Shown piece after piece: positions 29,335 to 42,463 of a stretch of DNA of 64,000 nucleotides (its first letter is position 1; every line of letters begins with the position of its first letter). Origin of the DNA: an uncultured Gemmatimonadales bacterium (GTDB lineage: Bacteria; Gemmatimonadota; Gemmatimonadetes; Gemmatimonadales; Gemmatimonadaceae). Where the stretch lies: NCBI GenBank assembly GCA_963851265.1, contig CAWKNZ010000008.1:249007-313006 (forward strand). Direction: 5' to 3'. The notes beneath the pieces are model-generated. The model saw nothing but the letters and a program-made list of their open reading frames with translations, was not told the DNA's origin and searched no databases. A program made the translations under genes and the position numbers.

Positions 29335-29352
29335 CTATCTACTGGAAGATAG
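29335..29352. promoter_or_regulatory. Putative TetR operator 2, upstream of the AhpD/CMD gene
   Basis: Palindrome CTATCT-ACTGGA-AGATAG in an AT-rich patch. Confidence 0.6.
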
Positions 29353-29434
29353 ATACCGGACGGGCGCTGGTCCCGCGCTCACGCGCGCACACCCTGCCGC
29401 GCAGATTCCCTCACCTCCTTTCGGAGATCCCACG

Positions 29435-29998
29435 ATGCCCCGCTTCACCGCCGTCGACCCGCAAGCCGCCGATGCGAAGGCCCGGCCCCTCCTCGCCGCC
29501 GTGCAGCAGATGCTCGGCGTCACCCCCAACATGATGCGCACCATGGCCGAGCGTCCGGCCGTGCTCGACGGCTATCTCGCGCTGTCCGGCGCGCTCGCCA
29601 AGGGCCGACTCGGACGCCGCCTCGGTGAGCAGGTCGCGCTCGCGGTGGCCGAGGACAATGGCTGCGGCTACTGCGCGGCCGCGCACACGGCGCTCGGCAA
29701 GGGCGCGGGCCTGAGCGACGCTGACGTTGCAGCCGCCCGCGACGGCACGGCGACCGACCCGCGCGCGGCGGCCGCCCTCGCGTTCGCGCGCGAGGTCGTC
29801 AGCGCCCGCGGCCACGTGGGCGACGTGGACGTGCAGGCGGCCCGCGCCGCGGGCCTCGACGACGGCGATCTCGGCGAAGTCGTGGCGCACGTCGCGCTCA
29901 ACGTGTTCACCAACTACTTCAACTCGGTGGCCGGCACCGAGGTCGACTTCCCGGCCGTGCGCGCGCCGCGGGGACCCGTGCCGGCTGCGAGCGCCTGA
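29435..29998 (+). CDS. Carboxymuconolactone decarboxylase/AhpD-like peroxidase
   Basis: EQVALAVAEDNGCGYCAAAH; GGAG RBS. Confidence 0.9.
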   Translation: MPRFTAVDPQAADAKARPLLAAVQQMLGVTPNMMRTMAERPAVLDGYLALSGALAKGRLGRRLGEQVALAVAEDNGCGYCAAAHTALGKGAGLSDADVAAARDGTATDPRAAAALAFAREVVSARGHVGDVDVQAARAAGLDDGDLGEVVAHVALNVFTNYFNSVAGTEVDFPAVRAPRGPVPAASA

Positions 29999-30000
29999 CG

Positions 30001-31191
30001 GTGCGCGCGCCGGTGCCACCTCCGACGACGTCGGACGCCGCGGCCGGGGAGGCCGCCCCCGGGCCGTTCCACGCCGGAGAGCTTGCCGTGCAGGCCCGGG
30101 CCGGCGTGCGATCGCAGGCGGCGCGCGTGGGCGGGATCATCGGCCCCACGATCCCGCCGGCGTTCGCCGGATTCCTCCGCGCGGCGCGCGTGGTGGCGGC
30201 CGGCGCGGCCGACGCGCGCGGGCACGTGTGGGCTACACTCCTCGTAGGCGCGCCGGGGTTCGTCGTCGCGTCTCAAGCGCGGGTGTGGGTCGGCGCGGTG
30301 CCGGCCCCGGGCGATGCGCTGCGCGCCCTCCTCACGCGAGCGGACGCGCCGAACGCCGCCGTCCCGGCCGCGATCGGCCTAACCGTGATTGATCTGGCCA
30401 CGCGTCGACGCGTGCGCGTCAACGGGACGCTTGCCGACGGGACGCTTGCCGACGGGACGCTCGGCGGCGGAACGGGAGGCTTCGCCGTCTCAGTGGAGGA
30501 GGCGTACGGGAACTGCCCCAAGTACATCCAGGCGCGCACCGCGGCCGGCGGCGCTGAGGCTCACGCCTTCGCGAACGTGGCGGGAGGCGCGACCCCGGAG
30601 CGCGACGGCCTCGGTGCCGCCGAGCGGGCGTGGATCGCCGGCGCCGACACCGCGTTCATCGCGAGCGTGGGACCGGGGAGCGTCGCGGGTTCCGAGCCGG
30701 GGGTGCGCGCCGGCGAGCGCGCCGACGCGTCGCATCGCGGCGGCGCGCCCGGTTTCATGGTCGCGGTCGACGCGCGTCGGGTGCTGCTCCCCGACTACTC
30801 CGGCAACACCATGTTCAACACCCTCGGCAATCTCGCGGTCGATCCGCGCGTGGGGCTCACGGTGCCGGACTTCGCCACCGGCCGTCTGCTGCAGCTCTCG
30901 GGCACTGCGTCGATCGACTGGCGCCCCGAGGCCGCCGCCCGCTTCCCGGGCGCCGAGCGCGTGGTGGTCATAGCCGTCGACCGCGTGCGCGAGGTCGCCG
31001 GCGCGCTGCCGACGGAGTGGTCGCCACCGAGCCCGTCGCCGTTCAACCCGCGCGTACGCACCGAACCCCGCGCGATCTCCGCGCGGACCTCCGCCGTCGC
31101 GAGGCGAGCATCAACGACGTCCCGATCGCCGAGGCCGAGCGGCGGTTCCGTTGGCCCAAGGGCCCGCGTCCCGTCGACCCCCCCGGCCTGA
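30001..31191 (+). CDS. Pyridoxamine 5'-phosphate oxidase-related FMN-binding protein (tandem domains); C-terminus probably extended by read-through
   Basis: PFHAGE, RRRVRVNG, YGNCPKYIQ, DASHRGG, PDYSGNTMFNTLGN; 15-bp in-frame duplication GTLAD-GTLAD. Confidence 0.88.
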   Translation: MRAPVPPPTTSDAAAGEAAPGPFHAGELAVQARAGVRSQAARVGGIIGPTIPPAFAGFLRAARVVAAGAADARGHVWATLLVGAPGFVVASQARVWVGAVPAPGDALRALLTRADAPNAAVPAAIGLTVIDLATRRRVRVNGTLADGTLADGTLGGGTGGFAVSVEEAYGNCPKYIQARTAAGGAEAHAFANVAGGATPERDGLGAAERAWIAGADTAFIASVGPGSVAGSEPGVRAGERADASHRGGAPGFMVAVDARRVLLPDYSGNTMFNTLGNLAVDPRVGLTVPDFATGRLLQLSGTASIDWRPEAAARFPGAERVVVIAVDRVREVAGALPTEWSPPSPSPFNPRVRTEPRAISARTSAVARRASTTSRSPRPSGGSVGPRARVPSTPPA

Positions 31192-31208
31192 CCGAGCCCG
31201 GGCTGTAG
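31080..31208 (+). pseudogene. 3' remnant of a DUF1348 (NTF2/SnoaL-like) gene
   Basis: RRREASINDVPIAEAERRFRWPKGPRPVDPPGLTEPGL-stop resembles the DUF1348 C-terminus as I recall it; no start or N-terminal part present. Confidence 0.65.
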
Positions 31209-31397
31209 CGGGGCGCGCTCCGCGCACGCGCCCCGGCGGGTGCGAACGGCGGCTTCGCGTACCCGCGCGTCGGCGCGGGAACTCCGCGGCACTCCGCGGC
31301 TACGTGGGCTGTCGCGAGCCGCTCCTGCACTCACCGTCGTCGCCGCACTGCGCGGACCGATCGGGGGTGTGCGCCGGCCGCCTTCTCCGAGGTCCCC

Positions 31398-32753
31398 GTG
31401 TCCTTCGCCCCACTCGCCGCCGCCGCCTTCCTCGGCGGGGTGCTCACGATTCTGAGCCCGTGCATCCTGCCGGTGCTGCCGTTCGTCTTCGCGTCGACCG
31501 GGCGCCCGTTCGCGCGCTGGACGGGGCCGATGCTCGCCGGGCTCGTGACCGCGTTCGTCGCGGTCGCCGCGGCCGGCACGGCCGGGGCGGCCTGGGCCGC
31601 GGAGGCGGCCGACGCCGGCCGCTGGCCCGCGCTCGCCCTCCTCGCGCTCGCCGGGCTGAGTCTGATGTCGGAGCGCGTCGCCACCGTCGTCACGCGCCCG
31701 TTCGTGCGGCTCGGGGCGGGCATCGAGCGGCGCGCGGCCGGCGCGCCGGGTACACCGGGTGCGGGTCCGGTCGCGGCGCTCGCGCTCGGCGTCGCGACCG
31801 GCCTGCTCTGGGCTCCGTGCGCCGGGCCCGTGCTCGGCCTCGTCGTCACGCTCGCCGCGTCGGGGGCGGCCCCCGGCCGTGCGGCGGCCCTCTTCGCGAT
31901 CTTCGGAGCCGGCGCGGCGACCGCGCTCGCCGGCGCGCTCGTGGCCGGCGGCCGGGCGTTAGGCGCGCTGCGCCGCTTCGGCGGCGCGGAGCGCTGGGCG
32001 CGGCGCGCCGTCGGCGGCTTCGCGCTCGCGGCGGTCGCCGTGATCGCGCTCGGGTGGGACGCCGATCTCCTCTCGCGGGGCGGCCTGGTGCAGACCGCGG
32101 GCGCGGAGGAGGCGATCCTCGCCCACGTCGCGCCGGGCGCCAAGGCCGAAGCGGCGCACGCGCTGGCATCGAGCCCCCGCGCCGCGGCCCCGGCCGCGCC
32201 GACCGCCGCGGCGCTGCCGCCGGTGCCGACGCCGGACCACGGTCCGCTCCCCGATTTCGCGGGCGGCACCGAGTGGATCAACGGCGCGTCGCTCGGCCTC
32301 GGGCCGAACGCCGGCACGCTGCGCGCGTCGGCGCTCCGCGGCAAGGTGGTCGTGGTGAACGTGTGGACGTTCGAGTGCTACAACTGCCTGAACGCGCTGC
32401 CGCACGTGAAGGCGCTCGCGGCGAAGTACCGCGGGCAGGACGTGGTCGTGATCGGCGTGCACACGCCCGAGCTGGCCCGCGAGCGGGTGCCGCGGAACGT
32501 CGAGGACGCGGTGCGCCGGCTCGGCGTGACCTACCCGGTGGTGTTCGACCCCAACTACAGCATCTGGCGCGCGTTCCACAACGAGTACTGGCCGAGCGTG
32601 TACATCGCGGACCGGAACGGCCGCATCCGCTTCCAGCGCTTCGGCGAGGGCGCGTACGACGAGGAGGACCGCACGGTGGCACAGCTCCTCGCCGAGCCGG
32701 CCCAGTCGGCGTCGACCCCGGCGGGAACTCCTCGCGCGGTCGCGGCTAGGTAG
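31398..32753 (+). CDS. DipZ-like CcdA/DsbD transmembrane plus thioredoxin fusion
   Basis: LSPCILPVLP, WAPCAGPVL, NVWTFECYNC, GVHTPE, NEYWPS. Confidence 0.88.
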   Translation: MSFAPLAAAAFLGGVLTILSPCILPVLPFVFASTGRPFARWTGPMLAGLVTAFVAVAAAGTAGAAWAAEAADAGRWPALALLALAGLSLMSERVATVVTRPFVRLGAGIERRAAGAPGTPGAGPVAALALGVATGLLWAPCAGPVLGLVVTLAASGAAPGRAAALFAIFGAGAATALAGALVAGGRALGALRRFGGAERWARRAVGGFALAAVAVIALGWDADLLSRGGLVQTAGAEEAILAHVAPGAKAEAAHALASSPRAAAPAAPTAAALPPVPTPDHGPLPDFAGGTEWINGASLGLGPNAGTLRASALRGKVVVVNVWTFECYNCLNALPHVKALAAKYRGQDVVVIGVHTPELARERVPRNVEDAVRRLGVTYPVVFDPNYSIWRAFHNEYWPSVYIADRNGRIRFQRFGEGAYDEEDRTVAQLLAEPAQSASTPAGTPRAVAAR

Positions 32754-32829
32754 CCCGACGACCCACGTCACGCGCCGCCCCGGACACGCGAGGCGGCGCG
32801 GTCTTTCCCGCCCGTTCGTCCCGCCCGCC

Positions 32830-33126
32830 ATGGCCGACGCTCGTCCCGACATCGTCGCCCCCGCCGTCCCAGCAGCGGCCGGGGCGGCCGCGCCCGACGC
32901 CGCGTCGCCTAACGTGCCGCCGGGCCTGGTCGAGGTGCGCGTCCGCGCGATCAGCTGCGAGGCGGCGATGCGCCGCCTTTGGGACTACGTCGATGCCCGC
33001 CTCGGCGAGCCGGCGCGCGCCGAGACGGACGCGCACCTCGCGGAGTGTGCGGGGTGCCCGCCGCACGTCGCCTTCGCGGTCAAGCTGAAGCGGGCGCTCG
33101 CGGCGTCGCGCGGGGCGACGTCGTGA
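32830..33126 (+). CDS. Zinc-finger (zf-HC2/ZAS) anti-sigma factor
   Basis: SCEAAMRRLWDYVD...HLAECAGC (Hx3Cx2C). Confidence 0.8.
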   Translation: MADARPDIVAPAVPAAAGAAAPDAASPNVPPGLVEVRVRAISCEAAMRRLWDYVDARLGEPARAETDAHLAECAGCPPHVAFAVKLKRALAASRGATS

Positions 33127-34325
33127 CCGCGTTCATGTTCGCGACCGGCATCGAGTGCTCCTACCCGACGATCCGGGGCGGCACGCACCGCGTGGACGCG
33201 CTCGCGACCACCGGCCACTACGAGCGCTGGCAGGAAGACCTCGCGCTCACGGTCGAGTTGGGGATCACCGTCCTGCGGTACGGGGCCGACTACCACCGGA
33301 TCAACACCGGCCCGGGGAGCTACGACTGGGCGTTCGCCGACGCCGTGTTCGCCGAGATGCGGCGGCTCGGCATCACCCCGATCGTCGACCTCTGCCACTT
33401 CGGGATGCCCGACTGGCTCGGCAACTCGTTCCAGAACCCCGAGTTCCCGCGTGCGTTCGCCGAGTTCGCGCGCGCGTTCGCCACGCGCTACCCGTGGGTG
33501 ACGCTCTACACGCCGGTCAACGAGATCTTCGTCTGCGCCAAGTTCTCGGCGCTGTTCGGCTGGTGGAACGAGCAGCTCGCCTCGGAGCGCGCGTACGTGA
33601 CCGCGACGCGGCACCTCGTGCAGGCCACGCTGCTCGCCCAGCGCGAGATCCTCGCGGTGCAGCCGCGCGCGCTGTTCATCCACAGCGAGTCGAGCGAGTA
33701 CACGCACTCCAACTGCAACTGCCCGCCGACCAGGGCCCGCGCCGACTGGGAGAACCAGACGCGCTTTCTCGCGCTCGACCTGCTGTACTCGCACGAGGTG
33801 CGGGCCGACGTGCACGCGTGGCTGCTCGCCAACGGGATGCCGGCGGACGAATACCGCACCTACATGACGCACGGGCTCGGCGGGCGCTGCGTGATGGGCA
33901 ACGACTACTACGTGACCAACGAGCGCGTGCTGCAGCACGACGGCTCGGTGTCGCACGTGGGCGAGGTGTTCGGCTGGTACCTCGTCACCAAGGACTACTA
34001 CGAGCGGTACCGCAAACCCGTGATGCACACCGAGACCAACCTGCACGAGCGCGACGACTCGGTGGCCTGGCTCTGGAAGCAGTGGCAGAACGTGCTGCGC
34101 ATGCGCGCGGAGGGCGTACCGGTGCTGGGGTTCACGTGGTACTCCCTCGTCGACCAGGTGGACTGGGACACCGCGCTGCGCGAGGCGAACGGCACGGTGA
34201 ACCCGTTAGGCCTTTACGGCATCGACCGCCGGCTCCGGCCGGTGGGTGCGGCCTACCAGGCGCTCATCCGGGAGTACGCCGGGCTGAGCGTGGTGCCCAA
34301 CGGCTCGTTCCTCTCGCTCAGCTGA
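33123..34325 (+). CDS. Glycoside hydrolase family 1-like protein
   Basis: GTGA overlap with the upstream stop; FATGIECSYP, DLCHFG, TPVNE (acid/base), HTETN (nucleophile), GFTWYSLVDQVDW. Confidence 0.88.
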   Translation: MTAFMFATGIECSYPTIRGGTHRVDALATTGHYERWQEDLALTVELGITVLRYGADYHRINTGPGSYDWAFADAVFAEMRRLGITPIVDLCHFGMPDWLGNSFQNPEFPRAFAEFARAFATRYPWVTLYTPVNEIFVCAKFSALFGWWNEQLASERAYVTATRHLVQATLLAQREILAVQPRALFIHSESSEYTHSNCNCPPTRARADWENQTRFLALDLLYSHEVRADVHAWLLANGMPADEYRTYMTHGLGGRCVMGNDYYVTNERVLQHDGSVSHVGEVFGWYLVTKDYYERYRKPVMHTETNLHERDDSVAWLWKQWQNVLRMRAEGVPVLGFTWYSLVDQVDWDTALREANGTVNPLGLYGIDRRLRPVGAAYQALIREYAGLSVVPNGSFLSLS

Positions 34326-35250
34326 GCGCGGCCGCGGGCGCGGCGCGCTCCGCCACCAGGCACCCCAGGAACGCGCGGGCCAGCGGGTCGTCGGGACCGC
34401 CCGCGTCGAGCCGCGTGAGCGCGTACACGTCGCGCGCGGATCCCGAGCCCCCGGCGAGGGTCCGGTAGACCACGCCCGGCGGCGGCGCCGCGTTCTCGAT
34501 CCACGGGATGGACTGCAGCCACGCCCCGCCCGCCGCGACGGCGCTCAGCATGGTGCCGACGTGCTCGACCTCGAGGTTGAGTCGCCCGCGCCACCCCGCC
34601 GCGGCGAGCCGGCCGTACTCGTCCTCGTGCTCCCGGGGGGCGCACCAGGGCGGGAAGTCGACGCACTCCAGTTGCACGAGGTCCGCGGGGTCGACCAGCG
34701 TCGCCGCCGCGAGCGGGTGCTCCGCGGGGAGGAGGACCCCGGCGAGCGCGTCGCGGTGCACGCGCTCGGCCGCCAGTTCGGGCGCGCCCGGCGCGAGGCC
34801 CACGTGGAACCCCACGTCGAGCCGCCCCACGCGCACCGCCTCCGCGTGATAGTAGAAGGGGCGCAGGTCCAGCTCGACGCGCGCGTGCGGGTAGGTCGTG
34901 CGGAACGCGGCGAGCGCGCGGCGGACCAGCGCCTCGCCCGCGCCGATCTCGCCGAAGCCGATCACGCCGACGCGCAACGTCGCCCCGGCCCCGCCGGCGC
35001 GCCGCACGTGCTCGACCGCGCGGGCGGCGTCGGCGAGGAGCACCCGGGCGTGGCGCAGGAGTTCGCCGCCGGCGCGCGTCGGGCGAACGCCCCGCGGGTG
35101 GCGGTCCAGCAGCCGGACGCCGAGTTCGCGCTCCAGGTCCGCCAGCTGCTTGGACAGCGCCGGCTGCGAGACGTGCAGCCGTGCGGCCGCGCGCCCGACG
35201 TGTCCGGCCTCGGCGGCCGCGACGAAGTACCGCAGGTGCCGGAGTTCCAT
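34318..35250 (-). CDS. LysR family transcriptional regulator
   Basis: MELRHLRYFVAAAE...AAARLHVSQPALSKQLADLERELG. Confidence 0.92.
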   Translation of the reverse strand: MELRHLRYFVAAAEAGHVGRAAARLHVSQPALSKQLADLERELGVRLLDRHPRGVRPTRAGGELLRHARVLLADAARAVEHVRRAGGAGATLRVGVIGFGEIGAGEALVRRALAAFRTTYPHARVELDLRPFYYHAEAVRVGRLDVGFHVGLAPGAPELAAERVHRDALAGVLLPAEHPLAAATLVDPADLVQLECVDFPPWCAPREHEDEYGRLAAAGWRGRLNLEVEHVGTMLSAVAAGGAWLQSIPWIENAAPPPGVVYRTLAGGSGSARDVYALTRLDAGGPDDPLARAFLGCLVAERAAPAAALS

Positions 35251-35493
35251 GGGCGGGCGCTCGACCCGGTGAGGCGCGACCGGACCCGGGGCAAGCGCGC
35301 GGGCGGGGTCCTGCACCGGCGCGCCCCCGAGCGCCGCGCGATAACTCGCGGCGATCGGGACCATGCCCACAATGTCTTGGACGGCGCGCGCCGGCGCCAG
35401 CTAAATGGTAGAAGCCGCCGCGGCGCGGGCCGATCGTGACAATCCCGCTGCTGCGCTCCGGGCGCTCCCGGCTCCGTCAGCTGCTCCTTCCGC

Positions 35494-36081
35494 ATGCCCC
35501 ACTTCGCCGACCCCGCCCCGCGCGAGTCGGACGCGTTCGAGCGGCTCACGACGCCGTTCCTGGCCGACGTCGCCCGGTTCGCCCGGTCGCTGACGCGCGA
35601 CCCCGAACGCGCCGACGACCTCGTGCAGGAGACCTACCTGCAGGCGCTCCGGGGGTGGCACACGTTCCGGCCCGATGCGGACCCGCGGCGCTGGCTGTTC
35701 ACGGTCTGCCACCACGCGTTCCTGCGCACCGCGCGGACGGACGCCCGGTACGCCGACGCGCCGGACGACGACCCGGAGCTCGACTCGCTCGCGACGGCCG
35801 TGGCGCACGCGCGAGCGCTGCAGTCGGGCGCCGCGGACGCGCTCGAGCGGATGGACCTGGGACCCGCGATCGACCTCGCGTTGGCCGCGATCCCGGCGCA
35901 CTACCGGGCGGCGCTGGTCCTCGTCGACGTCGAGGGGGAGAGCTACGAGGAGGCCGCGCGCGTGCTCGGCGTTCCGGTGGGGACCGTGCGCTCGCGGCTC
36001 TTCCGCGCGCGGCGGCTCATGCAGGACGCGCTGTTCGAGTACGCGCGCGACGCGGGGTTCACGGCCGCGCGGCGGCCGTAG
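35494..36081 (+). CDS. ECF sigma-70 factor
   Basis: ADDLVQETYLQA, RWLFTV, SYEEAARVLGVPVGTVRSRLFRAR. Confidence 0.92.
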   Translation: MPHFADPAPRESDAFERLTTPFLADVARFARSLTRDPERADDLVQETYLQALRGWHTFRPDADPRRWLFTVCHHAFLRTARTDARYADAPDDDPELDSLATAVAHARALQSGAADALERMDLGPAIDLALAAIPAHYRAALVLVDVEGESYEEAARVLGVPVGTVRSRLFRARRLMQDALFEYARDAGFTAARRP

Positions 36082-37467
36082 GCGGGTCGACGGTCGGTAG
36101 GCCGATGGTTGGCTCCGGGACCGCGGGTGCGGGCGGAGCCGGGCGGCTCGACACCGCGGGCGCGGGCTCGGTCGCGAACTGCACGAGGTCCTTTTCGAAC
36201 GCCAGCGCGAGCGACCAGTCCAGCGCGGCGCGCAGCTTCTTCTCGAAGCGCGGGAGCTTGCTCAGGTAGACCGCGCGCCAGAGCACCCACGCGGGGAGCC
36301 CCGAGAACATCAGACCGCGGACGTTCGCCACGCCGACCCGTCGCCCGATCGCGGCGAGCTGGCCGATGGTCTCGAAGGCGAACGGTTTCGGCGCCTCGCC
36401 CCGCATCGCGCGGGCGATGTTCGCGCCCAGCACCGCGCCCATGCGGAGCGCGTGCTGCGCGGTGGGCGGGTGCGACGCGTCGGGGTCCGCGCCGCCCACC
36501 GGCACGTGCGCGCAATCGCCTAACGCCCACACACCCGGCCGCCCCGGGACGCGGAGGCACGCGTCGACGGCCACCCGCCCGCGCGCCTTCGCCACCGGCA
36601 GCGCCTCGAGCACCGGGTGGGCCGCGTTCCCGGCCGTCCAGACGAGCGTGCGCGCCGTGAGCCGCCGCCCGTCGCGCAGCACCACCGCGTCGGGCTCCGC
36701 GGCGCCGACGCGCGCGCCGAGGATCACCTCGACCCCGCGCTCGGCGAGCTTCGCCCCGGCGTAGCGGCCGAGCCGCTCGCCGAGTTCGGGGAGCAGGTAG
36801 GGGCCGGGGTGGACGACCGAGACGCGCAGGTGCTCGGGGCGGACGCTGGGGTAGTAGCGGAGCGCCCCCAGGAGGAAGTCGTGCACGGCGGCCACGGTCT
36901 CGACGCCGGCGAACCCCCCGCCCGCCACGACCACGCCCAGCAGCGGGTCGCGCTGCTCGGCGTTGCACTCGAAGTCGGCCTCCTCGAGGTAGCGCAGCAG
37001 CCGGGTCCGGAGCTCGACCGCGTCGCCTAACGACCGCATCGTGATCGCGCGCTCCGCCGCCCCCGGGACGCCGAGGAAGTTGGTGATCGAGCCGAGCGCG
37101 AGCACGAGGTGGTCGTAGCGGAGCACGTGCTGGTGGCCGGCCGTGCCGCGGCCCGCGCCGCCGTGCGTGACCGTGACCAGGCGCGCGTCGAGGTCGATCG
37201 CGTCGACCGTGCCGGTGAAGAGCGTCGCGCGCCGGAGGAGTTTGCGGATCGGGTTCACCACCGTCGCGGCGTCGAGGTCGCTCGCCGCGACCTCGTGCAG
37301 CATCGGGGTGAAGAGGGTGAAGTTCTCCCGGTTGACGAGGGTGATCTGCACCGGCGCGCCGGCCGGTAGCGCGCGCTCGAGCGCCTGCACGGCGGCCACG
37401 CCGCCGAAGCCGCCGCCGACGACGACGACGCGCGTGGGCTCGGCGGCCGGGGCGGGGACGGGGGCCG

Positions 37468-37471
<4 letters not shown>
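36059..37471 (-). CDS. Type II NADH dehydrogenase-like FAD-dependent oxidoreductase
   Basis: GGGFGG, FTPMLHEVA, GGGFAGVE, WTAG, WALGDCA, PPTAQHA; GTGA overlap with the upstream gene. Confidence 0.9.
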
Positions 37472-40299
<2,828 letters not shown>

Positions 40300-40525
40300 G
40301 ATCGGTGTGGTCCGGGGTTGGAGTCCGCGCGGCGCAGTACGGGACGTAGCGCGCCCGGTCGTGCGGAGTTCCCGCGCGGCGGTCGGGAACTCGCGGGCGG
40401 ATGCCGGACTACGTCCGGCATCCTGGCGTCCGCGCCCGGTCGTCGGCACGTTAGCGCACGCGCCTGCACGCGTGCGCCCCTCGACGCCCCTCCCGTCCCG
40501 TTCCGCCCCGAGCAGCCCCCGCCAC

Positions 40526-41374
40526 ATGTCGACTGCACTCCGAGGTCCGTTCGCCGATGCCCCCGCGGCGGCCCGGCCCCACGTCCTGCCGCCGCGCGCG
40601 CGGGGCCACGCGCGCAACCACCCCGTCGTGCGCGTGACGCACTGGATCGCCGCCGTGGCGATCGTCGTCATGGTCGGCTCGGGGCTGCAGATCTTCAACG
40701 CCTACCCGAGTTTCCACCGCAAGGGCGAGCCGGCCTTCCCGCTCTGGCCGTTCGAGGGGCACCCGGCGCCGCACTGGGCGACGTTCGGTGGCTGGCTCGC
40801 GGGCGGGCGCTGGTGGCACTTCGCGATGATGTGGGTGCTCCTCGTGAACGGCTTCGTCTACATCGGCTTCGTCTACCTGCACGGCGAGTGGCGCGACCTG
40901 GTCCCGATGCGCGGCGACCTGCGCGACAGCTGGGAGATGGTCAAGTTCTACACGTTCACCCGCAAGGACCACCCGCTGCAGGGCAAGCACAACGCGCTGC
41001 AGAAGTCCGCGTACTTCGCGCTGCCCATCCTCACCGCGCTGATCGTGGCGACGGGGTTCGCGATCTGGAAGCCGGTATCGTTAGGCTGGCTCAGCGCGCT
41101 CTTCGGCGGCTACGTCTGGGCGCGCTGGTGGCACTTCTTCTTCATGCTGCTCGTCGTGGCGCTCGCGGCGATGCACGTGTTCATGGTGTTCGCGGTCGAC
41201 CCGTACGCGATCCGCTCAATGACCACGGGCGGCTACGACGAGTCGCTCTCCCCGGAGGAGCGCAACGCGCGGCCGTTCTACCACCTCCTGCCGCGCTACC
41301 GCGACTGGCGCGAACGGCACGCGCGCGAACTCGGCGTCGCGCCCGCGGCGGCGAGCGACGGAGACCTCCGGTGA
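40526..41374 (+). CDS. Cytochrome b/b6-like membrane subunit (Ni/Fe-hydrogenase cytochrome b family)
   Basis: VRVTHW, SGLQIFNAYP, RWWHF (twice), KHNALQK; four TM helices. Confidence 0.88.
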   Translation: MSTALRGPFADAPAAARPHVLPPRARGHARNHPVVRVTHWIAAVAIVVMVGSGLQIFNAYPSFHRKGEPAFPLWPFEGHPAPHWATFGGWLAGGRWWHFAMMWVLLVNGFVYIGFVYLHGEWRDLVPMRGDLRDSWEMVKFYTFTRKDHPLQGKHNALQKSAYFALPILTALIVATGFAIWKPVSLGWLSALFGGYVWARWWHFFFMLLVVALAAMHVFMVFAVDPYAIRSMTTGGYDESLSPEERNARPFYHLLPRYRDWRERHARELGVAPAAASDGDLR

Positions 41375-42463
41375 GCGGCCCCTTCTTCGCGCGCCCCACG
41401 CGGCTCGTGCTGCTCGACCTCGTCGACCGCGCCGTCGCGCGGGGTGCCGCGCGCGTCGCCGCCCCGGGCGCGTCGGACGTCGACCGCCGCGCGTTCCTCG
41501 CGACCCTCGCCCGCACCAGCGGCTCCGCGCTCGCCGCGGCGTACGGCGCGTCGCTGCTCGCCGCGTGCGGCTCGCACGGGCCCGACGCCGCACAGTCGCT
41601 GATCCGCTCGCAGGCCCGCCGCAACGAGACGGTCGAGCGCTGGCTGTTCCGCCACACGGCGATGGACCACGCGCGCGCGGCGGCGCGGAACGCCGGGGCG
41701 GGCTTCCCGACCTACCACGTAGCGCCGGCCGTGCCGATGTGGGACGCCGGCGAGCTCGGGGCGTGGGCGCTCCAGGTCACGGGGCGCGTCGCGCACCCGC
41801 TGCGCCTCTCGCTCGCGCAGCTCGTGGCGCTGCCGAGCGTGACGCAGCGCGTCGACCACTACTGCGTCGAGGGGTGGAACGCGGTGGCGACCTGGCGCGG
41901 GGTGCGCGTGGCCGACCTCGCGCGCCTGGCCGGCGCCGATCCCGGCGGCACGGTACGTCGACTTCCTCTCGTTCGACGTCGAGGAGAGCGACGCGCCGGC
42001 CGACGACGCGAAGCGCGACCCGGCCACGCAGACGGCCACCACCGGCGCGGTGTCGAAACAGGCCGGCGTCACGGGCGACACGAGCGCGGACCGCAACGCC
42101 GGCGTGAACGCGAAGGGGCCGAACGCGAACATCGCGGGCGTCCCCGGCGCGACCGCCGACTCCGCCGACGACGCCGAAGGCGACCCCCTGCCGCCCGGCG
42201 TCCCGACGGCCGACGACCTGCGCGCGGGGCGCGGCTACCACGAGTGCTGGGACGCGGAGAGCGCGATGCACCCCCAAACCCTCGTCGCGTACGCGATCGA
42301 CGGCCACCTGCTCGACCCCGCGCACGGCGCCCCCGCCCGCGTGCACTCGCCGGTCAAGCTCGGCTACAAGAACACCAAGTACCTGACGCAGGTGGTCTTT
42401 CGGAACGATCGCACGGGCGGCTACTGGACGGACCAGGGCTACGAGTGGTACGGGGGAACCTGA
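41371..42463 (+). pseudogene. Molybdopterin-dependent oxidoreductase (sulfite oxidase/MsrP family) with a +1 frameshift near 41941-41943
   Basis: Tat-like DRRAFL and DHYCVEGW in one frame; RYVDFLSFD, HPQTLVAY, HGAPARV, KLGYKNTKY, GGYWTDQGYEWY in the next. Removing one C from CCC restores DPAARYV. Confidence 0.8.
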
